Shown here piece after piece: positions 1 through 10,330 of a DNA stretch of 64,000 nt (positions within the stretch are counted from its first letter, which is position 1; every line of letters starts with the position of its first letter). This DNA comes from an uncultured Bacteroidales bacterium (GTDB taxonomy: Bacteria; Bacteroidota; Bacteroidia; Bacteroidales; VadinHA17): NCBI GenBank assembly GCA_963789465.1, contig CAWBLL010000009.1:406087-470086 (forward strand). Direction: 5' to 3'. The position numbers and the translations under genes were made by a program. The notes under the pieces are model-generated. The model had not been told where the DNA came from and did not search any database. It saw nothing but the letters and a program-made list of their open reading frames with translations.

Positions 1-333
1 GAAGACTTTTATCACAATAATCGTTAAACCAGACTCTTTAACTTTCCTGTCAATTTTTCTCAATTCCCGTTTGGTCAGCAAGAGCTTCCGCTCACGGAAA
101 GGATCATGATTATTCAGATTTCCCCACCAATATTCGGCAATGTGCATGCCCCTGATAAACAATTCTCCATTATTGAAAAAACAGTAGGAGTCAGGTATCG
201 ATGCTTTTCCAAGTCTGATTGACTTAATTTCTGTACCCGAGAGCTTTATTCCGGCAATGAACTTTTCCAGGAACTCATAATCGTGAGAAGCCTTTTTATT
301 CCTGATCACAATATCTCCCTTGCCGCCCTTCAT
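1..333 (-). CDS. smpB: SsrA-binding protein SmpB, N-terminal part; the C-terminus runs off the window start
   Basis: Absent from the ORF track because there is no stop in the window. The reverse complement from the ATG at 333-331 reads MKGGKGDIVIRNKKASHDYEFLEKFIAGIKLSGTEIKSIRLGKASIPDSYCFF..., a canonical SmpB N-terminus. Confidence 0.85.
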   Translation of the reverse strand, partial: MKGGKGDIVIRNKKASHDYEFLEKFIAGIKLSGTEIKSIRLGKASIPDSYCFFNNGELFIRGMHIAEYWWGNLNNHDPFRERKLLLTKRELRKIDRKVKESGLTIIVIKVF

Positions 334-517
334 ATTCAATGATTATACAAAATTAGTAATGATACCTCTCATCTACCCATTTGGAAAAAATTGCTCTTTT
401 TTTATTGGTATAAAAGGGAAAATAGAAGTACATAGGAAAAGATTTTAGAATGTGCGGCAAAATTAACTAAATTTATGGTAATTTGCTTTTACCTACCGAT
501 TCATTAATAAAGCAGTT

Positions 518-1465
518 GTGGAATTAATATCACATTATGACCTGCTAATAATAACAGGGCCCACTGCCTCAGGTAAGACCTCACTGGCTGTGGCAGTAGC
601 CAATGAAATTGAAGGTGAGATCATTAGTGCTGATTCCCGGCAGGTTTACCGGGGAATGGATATTGGTACCGGGAAGGACTATGAGGATTACTTCATTGAG
701 GGCAAACGAGTGCCCTGCCACCTTATCGATATTGTCGACCCCGGATATAAATATAATGTGTTCGAGTACCAGAGTGATTTTGTAAGAACATATACAGAAC
801 TTATGGAACGGGGGGTTTTCCCGGTTGTGTGCGGTGGATCCGGAATGTACACCGACAGTATCATTTCAGGATACAAGATGGTGGAAGTGCCTCCTGACAG
901 CGGACTGAGGAGTAACCTGGAAAAGAAGACGATGGAGGAGTTGATCGGGATCCTGTCAACTTACAAAAATCTTCACAATACAACGGATATTGATACAAAA
1001 AAAAGAGTGATCAGAGCGATTGAAATTGAACATTACAATCAGAATAAGGACAGAAGTGTGAGCAAATTTCCCAGGATCAGATCATTGGTTGTTGGGATCC
1101 TGCCAGACAGGGAAGAGCGGCGCACAAATATCTCAAACAGGCTCAGGCAGCGACTTGATGAAGGCATGCTGGATGAAGTCAGAGGTCTTTTAGAACGGGG
1201 CGTAAAATCTGAAGTTCTGATCTATTACGGACTTGAATATAAATTTATCACCCTTTATCTTACCGGTAGGATGTCATACGAAAAAATGGTGACGGATCTT
1301 GAAATTGCCATACATCAGTTTGCAAAGAGGCAGATGACATGGTTTCGCGGCATGGAGAAAAAAGGTATCAGCATAAACTGGCTTAACGGATCAATGCCTT
1401 TGAAGGAAAAAGTTAAGCGGGTTATGACGTTATTGGGTTCTGACTCTAATAACAGTCCCGGATAA
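518..1465 (+). CDS. miaA: tRNA dimethylallyltransferase (MiaA)
   Basis: P-loop ITGPTASGKTSLAV followed by ISADSRQVYRGMDIGTGK, the MiaA signature. GTG start in the ORF track. Confidence 0.9.
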   Translation: MELISHYDLLIITGPTASGKTSLAVAVANEIEGEIISADSRQVYRGMDIGTGKDYEDYFIEGKRVPCHLIDIVDPGYKYNVFEYQSDFVRTYTELMERGVFPVVCGGSGMYTDSIISGYKMVEVPPDSGLRSNLEKKTMEELIGILSTYKNLHNTTDIDTKKRVIRAIEIEHYNQNKDRSVSKFPRIRSLVVGILPDREERRTNISNRLRQRLDEGMLDEVRGLLERGVKSEVLIYYGLEYKFITLYLTGRMSYEKMVTDLEIAIHQFAKRQMTWFRGMEKKGISINWLNGSMPLKEKVKRVMTLLGSDSNNSPG

Positions 1466-1466
1466 T

Positions 1467-3527
1467 TTATTTCAGATAAGTATCGAGCCACTCAAAGAAT
1501 TCATGTTGCCATATCACCGCATTCTGAGGTTTAGTAACAAAATGGTATTCATCCTCGAAAAAAAGCAGCCTGCTTGGAATGCCCATTAACTGTGCGGCCT
1601 GAAAAGCCTCCATGCTTTGTGTATAGGGTATCCTGAAATCATTGGCACCAGTGATGATAAGGATCGGAGTGTCCCACTTCTCAACCATCAGGTGGGGTGA
1701 GAAAGCATAGCTTTTGGGCTTATTCCAGTAGGGACCCTCTATATCCTTGTCAGGAAACCATAGTTCATCAGTAGATCCATACCAGCTTGTGAAATCGAAC
1801 ATACCGCAATGTGCTATAAATGCCTTGAATCTCTTTCCATGCATTCCCGCAAGATAAAAAACTGAAAATCCGCCATAACTTGCTCCTACAGCACCCAGCC
1901 TTGTTGCATCTACAAATGGTTCTTTTGCCATGGAATCGGTAGCATCCAGGTAATCCTGTATATTAGCTCCCCCATAATCACCGGAGATCTCTTCTTTCCA
2001 GGCTTGTCCGAACCCGGAATCACCTCTTCTGTTCGGCGCAATAATAATATATCCTTTAGCCGCCATCATCTGGTAGTTCCATCTGTATGACCAACTCTGT
2101 CCAAGTGCTCCCTGAGGACCTCCCTTGCAATACAGAAGGGCAGGATATTTTTTTGAAGGATCAAAATCAGGCGGATATATTATCCACATCTGCAGATCTT
2201 TGTGATCCCTGGTCTTAATATATCTCTCCTCAACCTTTCCCATACGGATAGCCTGATAAATTTCATTATTTATGTCGCTTACCTGGGTTATGAGGCCGTT
2301 GGACATGTCGACAACCGAGATCTCGGGAGCCATTGACATCGATACAATACCTGAAGCAAGAATGCCTGATTTGATATTCAGTGGCCCCATATCATGTACC
2401 CCTTCTGTAACTTTTTCCACCCCCTTGTCACGGATATTGGTTTTAAAGATCTGTTCGGTCCCGAGATAAGCGCAGGTAAAGTAAATATTGCTGTTATCGG
2501 CCCATGTGAGATTTTCAACATCAAAGTCCCAACCTTTGGTTATCCAGGTTCGCTTGACCTCTTTCATATCATAAACAAACAGCCGGTCCAGATCTGATTC
2601 ATATCCGTCCCTTTCCATGCTTTGCCATGCAATCATAGAACCATCGGGCGAGAATACGGGATTTCTGTCATATCCCATGTTCCCCTTGCTTATGTTGATC
2701 TCTTTCCCTGAGTCGATGTCGTACAGGTAAATATCTGTATTAGTGCTTTTTGCATAAGCCAGACCGGTCATCTTCTTCGATGTGTAAGCTATTTTCCTGC
2801 CATCAGGGCTCCAGGAAATAGCGCTCTCCTCAAAGTATGGCGAATCAGGTGATTCGTACCTCTTTCCTTCCATAATATCACTGGCACCCGACACGTTTTT
2901 CCCGTCGAAGTCTGCAACAAATATATGGCTGTACGAAAAATCACTCCATTTATTCCAATGCCTGTACATAAGGTCATTTATTATACGTACCCTGGCCCTG
3001 GGCAGATTATATTTTTCATTGGCGGTCTGATCAAGCTTGACTCTCCTTGTAAAGTAGATCTTATTATCTGTGGGTGATATATTATAGATCTCAAAATCAG
3101 TCATCCCCGATATTATTTTCTGTTCCGAACCATCATCATTCATGCTGTACAAATGATCCCCATTGATGAATGCTATTGATTTCCCCTCATTGTACCACTG
3201 GGGGGAAGATCCGCCTCCGGATGTAAGCTGTACAGGATCTCCTCCGGATGTGGAAAGTTTATAAATATTTGTTCTCTTTGCCTCACTCCCGAGATCAATA
3301 TCAGTTACAGTATATAAAATGTATGCACCATTGGGGGAGAGTGAAAAAGTTCCCAGCCGTCTGAATTTCCACATTAATTCAGGCGTCATCAATCCGGCGG
3401 TTTTCTCAGCATCGGTAAGCTGGTTATTGAATTGAAGGGCTGAATCAGGAGCAGGCTGGATAACCTGTTTGCACGATCCGGACAACAGAAACAGAGGAAG
3501 AAATACCGGGAGAAGATATCTTTTCAT
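1467..3527 (-). CDS. S9 family serine peptidase (prolyl oligopeptidase / dipeptidyl peptidase type) with an N-terminal beta-propeller; lipoprotein signal
   Basis: Signal peptide plus lipobox LLSGSC. PD40-like propeller repeats. C-terminal alpha/beta hydrolase with nucleophile motif GASYGGF, then GANDFRIP (Asp) and EDEYHF (His). Confidence 0.85.
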   Translation of the reverse strand: MKRYLLPVFLPLFLLSGSCKQVIQPAPDSALQFNNQLTDAEKTAGLMTPELMWKFRRLGTFSLSPNGAYILYTVTDIDLGSEAKRTNIYKLSTSGGDPVQLTSGGGSSPQWYNEGKSIAFINGDHLYSMNDDGSEQKIISGMTDFEIYNISPTDNKIYFTRRVKLDQTANEKYNLPRARVRIINDLMYRHWNKWSDFSYSHIFVADFDGKNVSGASDIMEGKRYESPDSPYFEESAISWSPDGRKIAYTSKKMTGLAYAKSTNTDIYLYDIDSGKEINISKGNMGYDRNPVFSPDGSMIAWQSMERDGYESDLDRLFVYDMKEVKRTWITKGWDFDVENLTWADNSNIYFTCAYLGTEQIFKTNIRDKGVEKVTEGVHDMGPLNIKSGILASGIVSMSMAPEISVVDMSNGLITQVSDINNEIYQAIRMGKVEERYIKTRDHKDLQMWIIYPPDFDPSKKYPALLYCKGGPQGALGQSWSYRWNYQMMAAKGYIIIAPNRRGDSGFGQAWKEEISGDYGGANIQDYLDATDSMAKEPFVDATRLGAVGASYGGFSVFYLAGMHGKRFKAFIAHCGMFDFTSWYGSTDELWFPDKDIEGPYWNKPKSYAFSPHLMVEKWDTPILIITGANDFRIPYTQSMEAFQAAQLMGIPSRLLFFEDEYHFVTKPQNAVIWQHEFFEWLDTYLK

Positions 3528-3552
3528 GATAGTTTGGTTAAATATTGACCTG

Positions 3553-4560
3553 TTATTTTTTCAGCGCATCGGCTACCTTGTTTTTCAGCTCATCGTACAA
3601 TTCGGGATTGTCTCTGAGTATTTGTTTTACGGCATCACGCCCCTGTCCGAGTTTAGTGTCCCCGTAACTGAACCATGAGCCACTCTTTTTGATAATATCA
3701 AAGTCGACGCCCAGATCAACAATTTCACCAGCCTGGGATATTCCCTCGCCGTAAAGAATGTCAAAATCAGCTTTTCTAAATGGGGGAGCAAGTTTATTCT
3801 TGACAATTTTTACCCTTGTCCTGCTTCCTACAATCTCTTCGCCATCCTTTATCTGATTGGTCCTGCGTATATCGAGTCTGACAGAAGCATAGAACTTCAG
3901 TGCATTTCCACCGGTCGTTGTTTCGGGGTTGCCGAACACAACGCCTATTTTGTCCCTGAGCTGATTGATAAAGACACAAGAGGTATTGGTCTTGTTAATA
4001 TTTGCTGTGAGTTTCCTCAATGCCTGTGACATCAGCCTTGCCTGAAGGCCCATTTTGGAATCGCCCATTTCGCCTTCTATTTCAGCTTTTGGGGTCAGGG
4101 CAGCCACAGAGTCTATGACGATAATGTCCAACGCTCCTGATCTTATGAGGTTGTCGGTTATTTCCAGAGCCTGTTCTCCATTATCGGGCTGGGAAATAAG
4201 AAGATTTTCGACATCTACTCCCAGTTTTTCTGCGTAATTACGGTCGAATGTGTGCTCAGCATCAATTATAGCAGCAATTCCCCCATTTTTCTGGGCTTCT
4301 GCGATGGCATGTATTGCAAGTGTTGTTTTTCCCGATGCTTCAGGTCCGTATATCTCTATCACCCTTCCTCTTGGCAAACCGCCGATACCCAGGGCAGCGT
4401 CGAGTCCGATCGACCCTGAAGAAATGACCTGTACATTATCTATGGCATGGTCTCCAAGCTTCATAATGGTCCCCTTGCCAAAGTCCTTCTCAATCTTCCC
4501 AAGAGTAACTTCAAGGGCTTTAAGCTTCTCCTTGTTTATTTCTTTGCGTTCAATGTTCAT
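3553..4560 (-). CDS. recA: Recombinase RecA
   Basis: Walker [20 protein letters not shown]. Typical full-length RecA sequence of 335 aa. Confidence 0.97.
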   Translation of the reverse strand: MNIERKEINKEKLKALEVTLGKIEKDFGKGTIMKLGDHAIDNVQVISSGSIGLDAALGIGGLPRGRVIEIYGPEASGKTTLAIHAIAEAQKNGGIAAIIDAEHTFDRNYAEKLGVDVENLLISQPDNGEQALEITDNLIRSGALDIIVIDSVAALTPKAEIEGEMGDSKMGLQARLMSQALRKLTANINKTNTSCVFINQLRDKIGVVFGNPETTTGGNALKFYASVRLDIRRTNQIKDGEEIVGSRTRVKIVKNKLAPPFRKADFDILYGEGISQAGEIVDLGVDFDIIKKSGSWFSYGDTKLGQGRDAVKQILRDNPELYDELKNKVADALKK

Positions 4561-4573
4561 ATTATTGGGTTTA

Positions 4574-5035
4574 TTATTTATACAAACTGAAAATCTGCTC
4601 CGTATGGCCGTCAGTATTGACCTTCCCGATGATTTTTCCGATCATTCCCTTTTCATCTATGATGAATGTCGTCCTTATTACTCCCATGTAAGTTTTACCA
4701 TAATTTTTTTTCTCGCCCCATACCCCATAGTCATTCAAAATCTTTTTTGAGGTGTCGGCGATAAGCGGAAAGGGGAGGGAAAATTTTCCTGCAAAGCCCA
4801 GGTGTGATTTTTCACTGTCGGGGCTCACACCTATCACGGCAAAACCCTGTTTAAGCAATGAATCGTAGTTATCACGCAGATTGCATGCTTCAGCAGTGCA
4901 CCCCGGAGTATTGTCTTTCGGATAGAAATATAAGACTACCTTTCTGCCGGCAAAATCAGTCAGTTTAATTGTATTGCCATTTTGATCAATACCTTCAAAA
5001 TAGGGAGCTTTAGATCCTTCTTTTAATTGTGTCAT
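4574..5035 (-). CDS. bcp: Thioredoxin-dependent peroxiredoxin Bcp
   Basis: [16 protein letters not shown] peroxidatic/resolving Cys motif. 153 aa. Confidence 0.9.
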   Translation of the reverse strand: MTQLKEGSKAPYFEGIDQNGNTIKLTDFAGRKVVLYFYPKDNTPGCTAEACNLRDNYDSLLKQGFAVIGVSPDSEKSHLGFAGKFSLPFPLIADTSKKILNDYGVWGEKKNYGKTYMGVIRTTFIIDEKGMIGKIIGKVNTDGHTEQIFSLYK

Positions 5036-5167
5036 CGATTAATTATTTTGTTATTATGGGTAAATTTACGAAGTTTGAATTGTTTTATGCAAGAAAGTAT
5101 GGATTTGTTATTAACACAAATCATCCTTGGGTGAAATGATATTATTTGCCAGAATATTGAAAAACAG

Positions 5168-6868
5168 GTGTTTGTGAAGAAATATAGAGTATGTGATATT
5201 ATAGGACGGCAATTGAAAGCCACCTTAATGGTGATGGTGGTTGCAGTATTTTCAAATCTGAATATATTTGTCCTGAGCGGTCAGACTACCGCTACACGCC
5301 AGTCTTCCATAGATGAGTTCACCAAAGGGAATTATGAGCAGGCATATAATGATTTCAGATCGTTGCTCCGGAAATATCCGAAAGATCCGTTGTATAAGTA
5401 TTATTCCGGAGCCTGTCTCGTCCTGATGAAGAAAGATCCTTCGGAAGCGCTGACCCTGCTGCAGCAATCGGTCAATGGGGCCTCGGTTGTACGATCCCTG
5501 CCCGACGATGCCGTTTTCTACCTGGGAAGGGCTCAGCAGATGTCAGGGATGTTCGCTGAGGCGATATCGTCATATTCTCAGTATACCGATCAGGTAGGGA
5601 AAAAGGCGGCCAGAGAGCAGGATGTGGCAGGATATATCCAGGAGTGTGAGAATAAGAAAGGCATGATTGAAGATACTGAAGTCAGATCAACAACAGCATC
5701 GGCTGCGGTCATAAAACCTGAAACTGTAGGAAAGGTTGAACCTGCTACTGCCGGGAACAGCGCGACAAAACCAGCAGGTAAGGAGATCCGGGGAAAAACC
5801 CCTCTGCCGCAGGAATACGAAAAGGTACTGGATGAAGCGCTCCGGTTGCAGTACAAAGCGGATTCACTGAATCTGCTTGCAGAAGAACAGAAAAGGCAAC
5901 TGGGAAACATTCCGGAAGCCGAACAATCAGCACAGAAAATGAAAATCTCGCAAAATGAAATACTTGCAGCAAGTTACCAGAAATCTGCTGATATGAAGTA
6001 CAATGAGGCACAGGCGAAGATGAATCCCGGAGTTGACGTACCATTGCCCAAGACTGATACTATTCCGAAGGCTGCCCCCAGGGAGCCTGCACATAAAGAA
6101 GAAACAACAGTTGTCAAAGAAGCTCCGGTCAAGACCGGTACTGAGCAGAAAGTGGCAAGTGTAACTGTCAGGGCTACAGCAATTTTTTCTCAGTTTGAAG
6201 TCCTTCCCGGGGATGCAGCCTATCCGGATGAGAAGATCAAAATAGATCCCAAATTACCTGCAGGCCTTATTTATCGCATTCAACTGGCAGTATTCCGAAA
6301 TCCTGTTGCTCCTTCAGTTTTTAAGGGAATAACCCCCGTTTATGGTTTAAAAGTACCCGGGACCGACAAGACAAACTATTATGCAGGTTTATTCCGCAAG
6401 TCATCGGATGCAAAAAAAGCTCTGCTGAAGGTTAAGGAGACCGGCTTCAGGGACGCTTTTATTGTTGCCCAGGCGGATAATAAGGCTGTATCATCCGACA
6501 GAGCCGCCGTACTGGAGAATGAATGGGGCTCAAAACCTTTGTTTGAAGAGACACAGTCCACAATACCTGCTGATACTCTTCCTCCTACACTTTCATTCCG
6601 GGTAGAGGTGGCCAGGTCCTTAAAACCGATGAAGCCAGATGCAGTTGAAACATTGCGATCACTGTCAGGAAACAACGGATTTGATATTGTCCACCTGGCT
6701 GACGGTAATTATGTTTATCTGATTGGAAAATTTATTACTTTTGAAAGCGCAGCAGAATATGCCGATCTGTTGGTCAGGAATAATTACAGGGGAGCTAAAG
6801 TTGTTGCCTGGCTGGGTAACAAAGAGGTACCTGTTGATACGGCGCGGCAACTTTTTAATAATCTCTGA
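5168..6868 (+). CDS. TPR protein with low-complexity linker and two C-terminal SPOR-like (peptidoglycan-binding) domains
   Basis: The N-terminal TPR-like region resembles the N-termini of the three paralogues at 33-39 kb. SPOR-like segments IYRIQLAVFRN...YYAGLFRKSSDAKKALLKVKETGFRDAFIVA and FRVEVARS...YLIGKFITFESAAEYADLL. The start is uncertain: GTG at 5168 or an internal Met. Confidence 0.65.
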   Translation: MFVKKYRVCDIIGRQLKATLMVMVVAVFSNLNIFVLSGQTTATRQSSIDEFTKGNYEQAYNDFRSLLRKYPKDPLYKYYSGACLVLMKKDPSEALTLLQQSVNGASVVRSLPDDAVFYLGRAQQMSGMFAEAISSYSQYTDQVGKKAAREQDVAGYIQECENKKGMIEDTEVRSTTASAAVIKPETVGKVEPATAGNSATKPAGKEIRGKTPLPQEYEKVLDEALRLQYKADSLNLLAEEQKRQLGNIPEAEQSAQKMKISQNEILAASYQKSADMKYNEAQAKMNPGVDVPLPKTDTIPKAAPREPAHKEETTVVKEAPVKTGTEQKVASVTVRATAIFSQFEVLPGDAAYPDEKIKIDPKLPAGLIYRIQLAVFRNPVAPSVFKGITPVYGLKVPGTDKTNYYAGLFRKSSDAKKALLKVKETGFRDAFIVAQADNKAVSSDRAAVLENEWGSKPLFEETQSTIPADTLPPTLSFRVEVARSLKPMKPDAVETLRSLSGNNGFDIVHLADGNYVYLIGKFITFESAAEYADLLVRNNYRGAKVVAWLGNKEVPVDTARQLFNNL

Positions 6869-7143
6869 TGAAGGAGCGTACATTACATAGGGATGACAAA
6901 CTGAAAAGAGACGGAGCTTCCAGCAGCCTCATTTTATATAATGACGAAATCAATACATTTGATCATGTCATTAAGTCTCTTGTGGAAGTTTGCGGGCACG
7001 ACGCCGTGCAGGCTGAGCAATGCGCCCTCATTGTGCACTTCAAGGGAAGCTGCGAAGTTAAACTAGGCATTACAGAGGTCATGAATGCAATGTGCAAGTC
7101 ACTGAACTCAAAGGGGCTAAATTCAATAGTCAGGGGTTTATAG
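6868..7143 (+). CDS. clpS: ATP-dependent Clp protease adaptor ClpS
   Basis: LILYNDEINTFDHVIKSLVEVCGHDAVQAEQCALIVHFKG is a typical ClpS core. Its ATG overlaps the upstream TGA (TGATG). Confidence 0.85.
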   Translation: MKERTLHRDDKLKRDGASSSLILYNDEINTFDHVIKSLVEVCGHDAVQAEQCALIVHFKGSCEVKLGITEVMNAMCKSLNSKGLNSIVRGL

Positions 7144-7148
7144 AAAGG

Positions 7149-7565
7149 TTATTTTCCCCTGTGAAAAAACAGGTTCAGTCCCCTGTCAAAAAAGGCGAGA
7201 AACAGCAGGCATACGAATAAATAGGGTAAATATCCGGGCAGATTAAAATCAACCAGGTGATCCAGATTTATTTTGGTAGCAGGTATGATCAGATGTCTGA
7301 CGATTGATATCCATTGATTGCCTGGTAGTTCTGTGTTCGCAGCCGGAAGCAGCAAAGCAGTAACAGCCAGTACAGCCGTTACCAGCAGTGAAATTAGCGG
7401 GACAGAGTATCCTGAAAGATAGTGATGCCTATGCCTTACCGGTTTAGGCTCCATACGCACCCTGCTCATGACATTCAAGGTAAACCCATCCGGTGCTTTT
7501 TCATTCATTTTGGGATTTAAATATTCCCTTAAAAGCCTGTCGTTATATTCTTCCTGTGTACTCAT
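7149..7565 (-). CDS. Putative membrane anti-sigma factor, partner of the upstream ECF sigma
   Basis: Overlaps the sigma gene by 23 nt. Short cytoplasmic N-terminus followed by TM segments. No recognisable catalytic motif. Confidence 0.5.
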   Translation of the reverse strand: MSTQEEYNDRLLREYLNPKMNEKAPDGFTLNVMSRVRMEPKPVRHRHHYLSGYSVPLISLLVTAVLAVTALLLPAANTELPGNQWISIVRHLIIPATKINLDHLVDFNLPGYLPYLFVCLLFLAFFDRGLNLFFHRGK

Positions 7566-8145
7566 ATGGCATTACTCTTTTATTTTCTGAATTTCCAATT
7601 ACCTGCATCATCTTCTGTCGCGCCCTGAAAAGCTTCACCTTCACATTCGATTTGCTTATTCCGGTAATATCTGATATTTCATCGGTACTCATTTCTTCAT
7701 AATAGTGCAGTGTTATCAGGCTCCTTTCCTCCTCGCTGATCTTAAGGAAGGCAAAATTAAGCAACGATTTCCTGTATTCGGTCTCGGCTTCCTCTTCGGA
7801 TGTGCCTGTACTTAAAAAATCGGCCGCATCGGCCGGAAAATCTTCCAGTGAAAGCACTTTTCTTTTCTTTAGCCTAATATAAGAGACAGCAGTATTATAA
7901 ACTATCCTGTAAAGCCATGTGGAAAAGCTGCTTTTCCTCTGAAAATTGCCCAGGGCCCTGTAGACCTTAAGAAACGAATCCTGAGTAATCTCTTCCGCCT
8001 CTTCCCTGCAGCAACAAATTCTTAATGCGAGATTAAATGCCTTATCCTTATGCAAGTCAACAATATGGCTGAAAGCGTTTATGTTACCAGCCAGCACTTG
8101 ATCTATATAATACAATATGTCAGGTTTGTTACTCACTTTGACCAT
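7543..8145 (-). CDS. RNA polymerase ECF-type sigma-70 factor
   Basis: Region 2 (EAEEITQDSFLKVYRAL...FSTWLYRIVYN) and region 4 HTH (EEMSTDEISDITGISKSNVKVKLFRAR). Confidence 0.88.
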   Translation of the reverse strand: MVKVSNKPDILYYIDQVLAGNINAFSHIVDLHKDKAFNLALRICCCREEAEEITQDSFLKVYRALGNFQRKSSFSTWLYRIVYNTAVSYIRLKKRKVLSLEDFPADAADFLSTGTSEEEAETEYRKSLLNFAFLKISEEERSLITLHYYEEMSTDEISDITGISKSNVKVKLFRARQKMMQVIGNSENKRVMPYEYTGRI

Positions 8146-8384
8146 TTGACGGTTAAAATTACGAAATGGTTACAAACAGAGACACTTTTTTTGCTGGGAA
8201 TAAATGGGAATTAGTAAAATAATCAATAACACTTTTCAGAGGCCGGTAAGAAGGTAATGTCAAAGATCCCGGATTTTTAAAGCTATGCTTCCATTATGTG
8301 ACAAAACTCCTTTTTTATGCAAATTTACAAAGCATAGAACTTAAAGGTATGCCAGAAAACTCATTTTTCTTTAAACCGGCATGA

Positions 8385-8392
8385 TATTTTTG
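8385..8392 (+). promoter_or_regulatory. Candidate Bacteroidota -7 promoter box TATTTTTG (consensus TAnnTTTG)
   Basis: Exact match to TAnnTTTG, 69 nt upstream of the CDS at 8461. Confidence 0.3.
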
Positions 8393-8460
8393 TAACCGGA
8401 CCATTCATCTATGTGTCTAAAGGATAAATATGAGTTTTTAACCAATAAATAATTAACAAA

Positions 8461-8805
8461 ATGGAAGCAGCAATTACATTCATTGCATTTTTTGCAGCAG
8501 TTTTCGGAATGATGTATGTTTACTTTACCACACGTCATAAAGAGAGACTTGCCTTAATCGATAAGGGGGCGGACGCTTCTCTTTTTAACACCGGTAAAGA
8601 AAATGGCAGGTCCGGTGTCAACTGGGGGAAATTCACGCTTAAGATAGGTATGCTATTCATGGGCGTGGCACTTGGTATAATAGTAGGAGCATTGTTATCA
8701 GATGCAGGAGTTCTGAATGAGGGGGCAAATTATCCATCTATGATCCTGTTCTTTGGCGGACTGAGTCTTGTTTTGTATTATCTTATAGACAGAAAAACCA
8801 AATAA
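8461..8805 (+). CDS. Small integral membrane protein (about 3 TM helices), function unknown
   Basis: Hydrophobic segments ITFIAFFAAVFGMMYVYF, IGMLFMGVALGIIVGALL and MILFFGGLSLVLYYL, plus an RHKERLALIDKG motif. Confidence 0.6.
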   Translation: MEAAITFIAFFAAVFGMMYVYFTTRHKERLALIDKGADASLFNTGKENGRSGVNWGKFTLKIGMLFMGVALGIIVGALLSDAGVLNEGANYPSMILFFGGLSLVLYYLIDRKTK

Positions 8806-8884
8806 TTTTCATTCCTTTCTTTACTCATCCTCTGCCCCATTCTGGGGGCGGGGGATTTCTGCCACACAGGAATCTGCAGTGACC

Positions 8885-10165
8885 TTATTTTGTATAAAAT
8901 TCTATCATCTCTTTTATGGCATACTGGCAGACTGTACAGAACCCTTTCTGACTGTTGCTTTTCATACGGCAGTCCATCTGCGGGCGGTAGATTCCTTTTT
9001 CCGAATAGCCGCCGCCTTCGAACACCCCTGTTGCATTCTCATATTTCTCTTCTGCCGGTGTCGGGACAGGAATTTCCTTTGTGAGTAATTTTTTCCATTT
9101 GGAGTTGAAATCAACCAGTGTTGTAATATTGGGTTCCCATGGTTCCACATCCAGGGGATAAAACTCCTCATAAGCAACAGTTGATGAATAGTATTCGTCG
9201 GCAAGTCCGGCAAATCCATGGCCAAATTCATGCATGAAAACCTTTTGTGAAAGCAGATGACCGGTGGTTGTGCCACTGTAATAGTTATATACACCTCCGC
9301 CTCCATACCTGTTACTGTTTATGAGAACGACTATAACATCATGGGGAACAGCTGCGGCATAATCATTAACCGATTTTATGTCCTGAGTGGTCAGATACCG
9401 GTCAAGGTCGAATGTGTAAAAACTGGAATTCAAAGCGCTATTCACATAAATTCCCTCACCCGGGATATCTGTGCCTGATTCCTGTGAAACTGCGTCAACC
9501 GCCCAGATATTGAATTTTTTTTCAAAATCGAGGTAAGGCTCTTCAGAAAAGAGAACGTCAGTCATCTTCTTTATATCCTCATGGAATTTATCCATTTCAT
9601 CTGCCGTGTATCCCTCGGCTATAAAGGCAAGGTCAACTGATGTTACCGGATCTCCGCCTTTTTTGATCTCAGAAGTATTGACGTTTACCGGTTTTTCTTT
9701 TCTGATAAAGTAATCGGAAGGATCAATTTTTGTTTCATATAGAATTTTGAAAGATCCGTCACGTATTCTTCCGCTTATAACAAGCTTTATTTTGCTCTTT
9801 GGGAATGGCATCGTAGCCACTTCATAAAAGCATCTTGAAATTGTTTTGGCTTCGGCTGTAGTCTGCCATTCCTGGAAAAGAGAACTGAATCCTCTGGAAT
9901 AAATAAGAACATTTGAGGCTTCATCAAAAACTTCATATCTGAAATTCCCGTATCCGAAAGGATCTGTAAGGTTAATTTTTGAACCCGCCCAGAAAGGCTC
10001 CTCCTTCATCCCTGCAGGATAGACAGTAGTGTTCTGGCTATTGCCTGCGAACATGAAGTCATACCTTAAAACCTTGTCTGTAAAATAATTGTCGAATTTT
10101 ATCTGACCGTTAAGAGCGGCAGTGATGAATAATAAATATGATATCAGGGTTGTTTTCATTTGCAA
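8885..10165 (-). CDS. M64 family (IgA-peptidase-like) zinc metallopeptidase, secreted
   Basis: Signal peptide. HEFGHGFAGLADEY zinc motif in the typical M64 context. Confidence 0.8.
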   Translation of the reverse strand: MQMKTTLISYLLFITAALNGQIKFDNYFTDKVLRYDFMFAGNSQNTTVYPAGMKEEPFWAGSKINLTDPFGYGNFRYEVFDEASNVLIYSRGFSSLFQEWQTTAEAKTISRCFYEVATMPFPKSKIKLVISGRIRDGSFKILYETKIDPSDYFIRKEKPVNVNTSEIKKGGDPVTSVDLAFIAEGYTADEMDKFHEDIKKMTDVLFSEEPYLDFEKKFNIWAVDAVSQESGTDIPGEGIYVNSALNSSFYTFDLDRYLTTQDIKSVNDYAAAVPHDVIVVLINSNRYGGGGVYNYYSGTTTGHLLSQKVFMHEFGHGFAGLADEYYSSTVAYEEFYPLDVEPWEPNITTLVDFNSKWKKLLTKEIPVPTPAEEKYENATGVFEGGGYSEKGIYRPQMDCRMKSNSQKGFCTVCQYAIKEMIEFYTK

Positions 10166-10228
10166 AATAATAAGTATATGGAATTCGCAAAGCTAAAGAT
10201 TTTCAATAATTCCGATTGATAAATTCGT

Positions 10229-10236
10229 TACTTTTG
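10229..10236 (+). promoter_or_regulatory. Candidate -7 promoter box TACTTTTG
   Basis: Exact TAnnTTTG match, about 95 nt upstream of the CDS at 10331. Confidence 0.3.
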
Positions 10237-10330
10237 CGACAAATTAATTAATGAAATTGCTATGCGGTTCATAAATGATTCGTCGATATTGATAAATGAA
10301 TTTTCATAAATTTAAATAATAATTAATAAA

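Noticed and set aside
2180-2188. A perfect DnaA box TTATCCACA
   Set aside because: It is a single occurrence inside the S9 peptidase coding sequence, with no cluster and no AT-rich unwinding element, so it is not an origin.
4250-4750. A 166-aa plus-strand ORF antisense to recA and bcp. Similar long antisense or overlapping ORFs: 13403..13918, 30038..30436, 32220..32600, 35842..36240, 37967..38476, 40958..41515, 47753..48220, 51217..51654, 58038..58502, 58533..59099 and 61892..62449.
   Set aside because: Each lies entirely within, or spans, well-supported conserved genes on the opposite strand or in another frame. Their translations are low-complexity or Cys/Ser/Phe-rich with no recognisable motif.
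8820-8850. The hairpin gcccca-ttc-tggggc between convergent genes, considered as a terminator
   Set aside because: The stem is short with a 3-nt loop and has no flanking T- or A-run, which is too weak to call.
8962-9306. A 114-aa minus-strand ORF in an alternative frame of the M64 peptidase gene
   Set aside because: The same region encodes the conserved HEFGHG peptidase frame. The alternative frame has no recognisable features.
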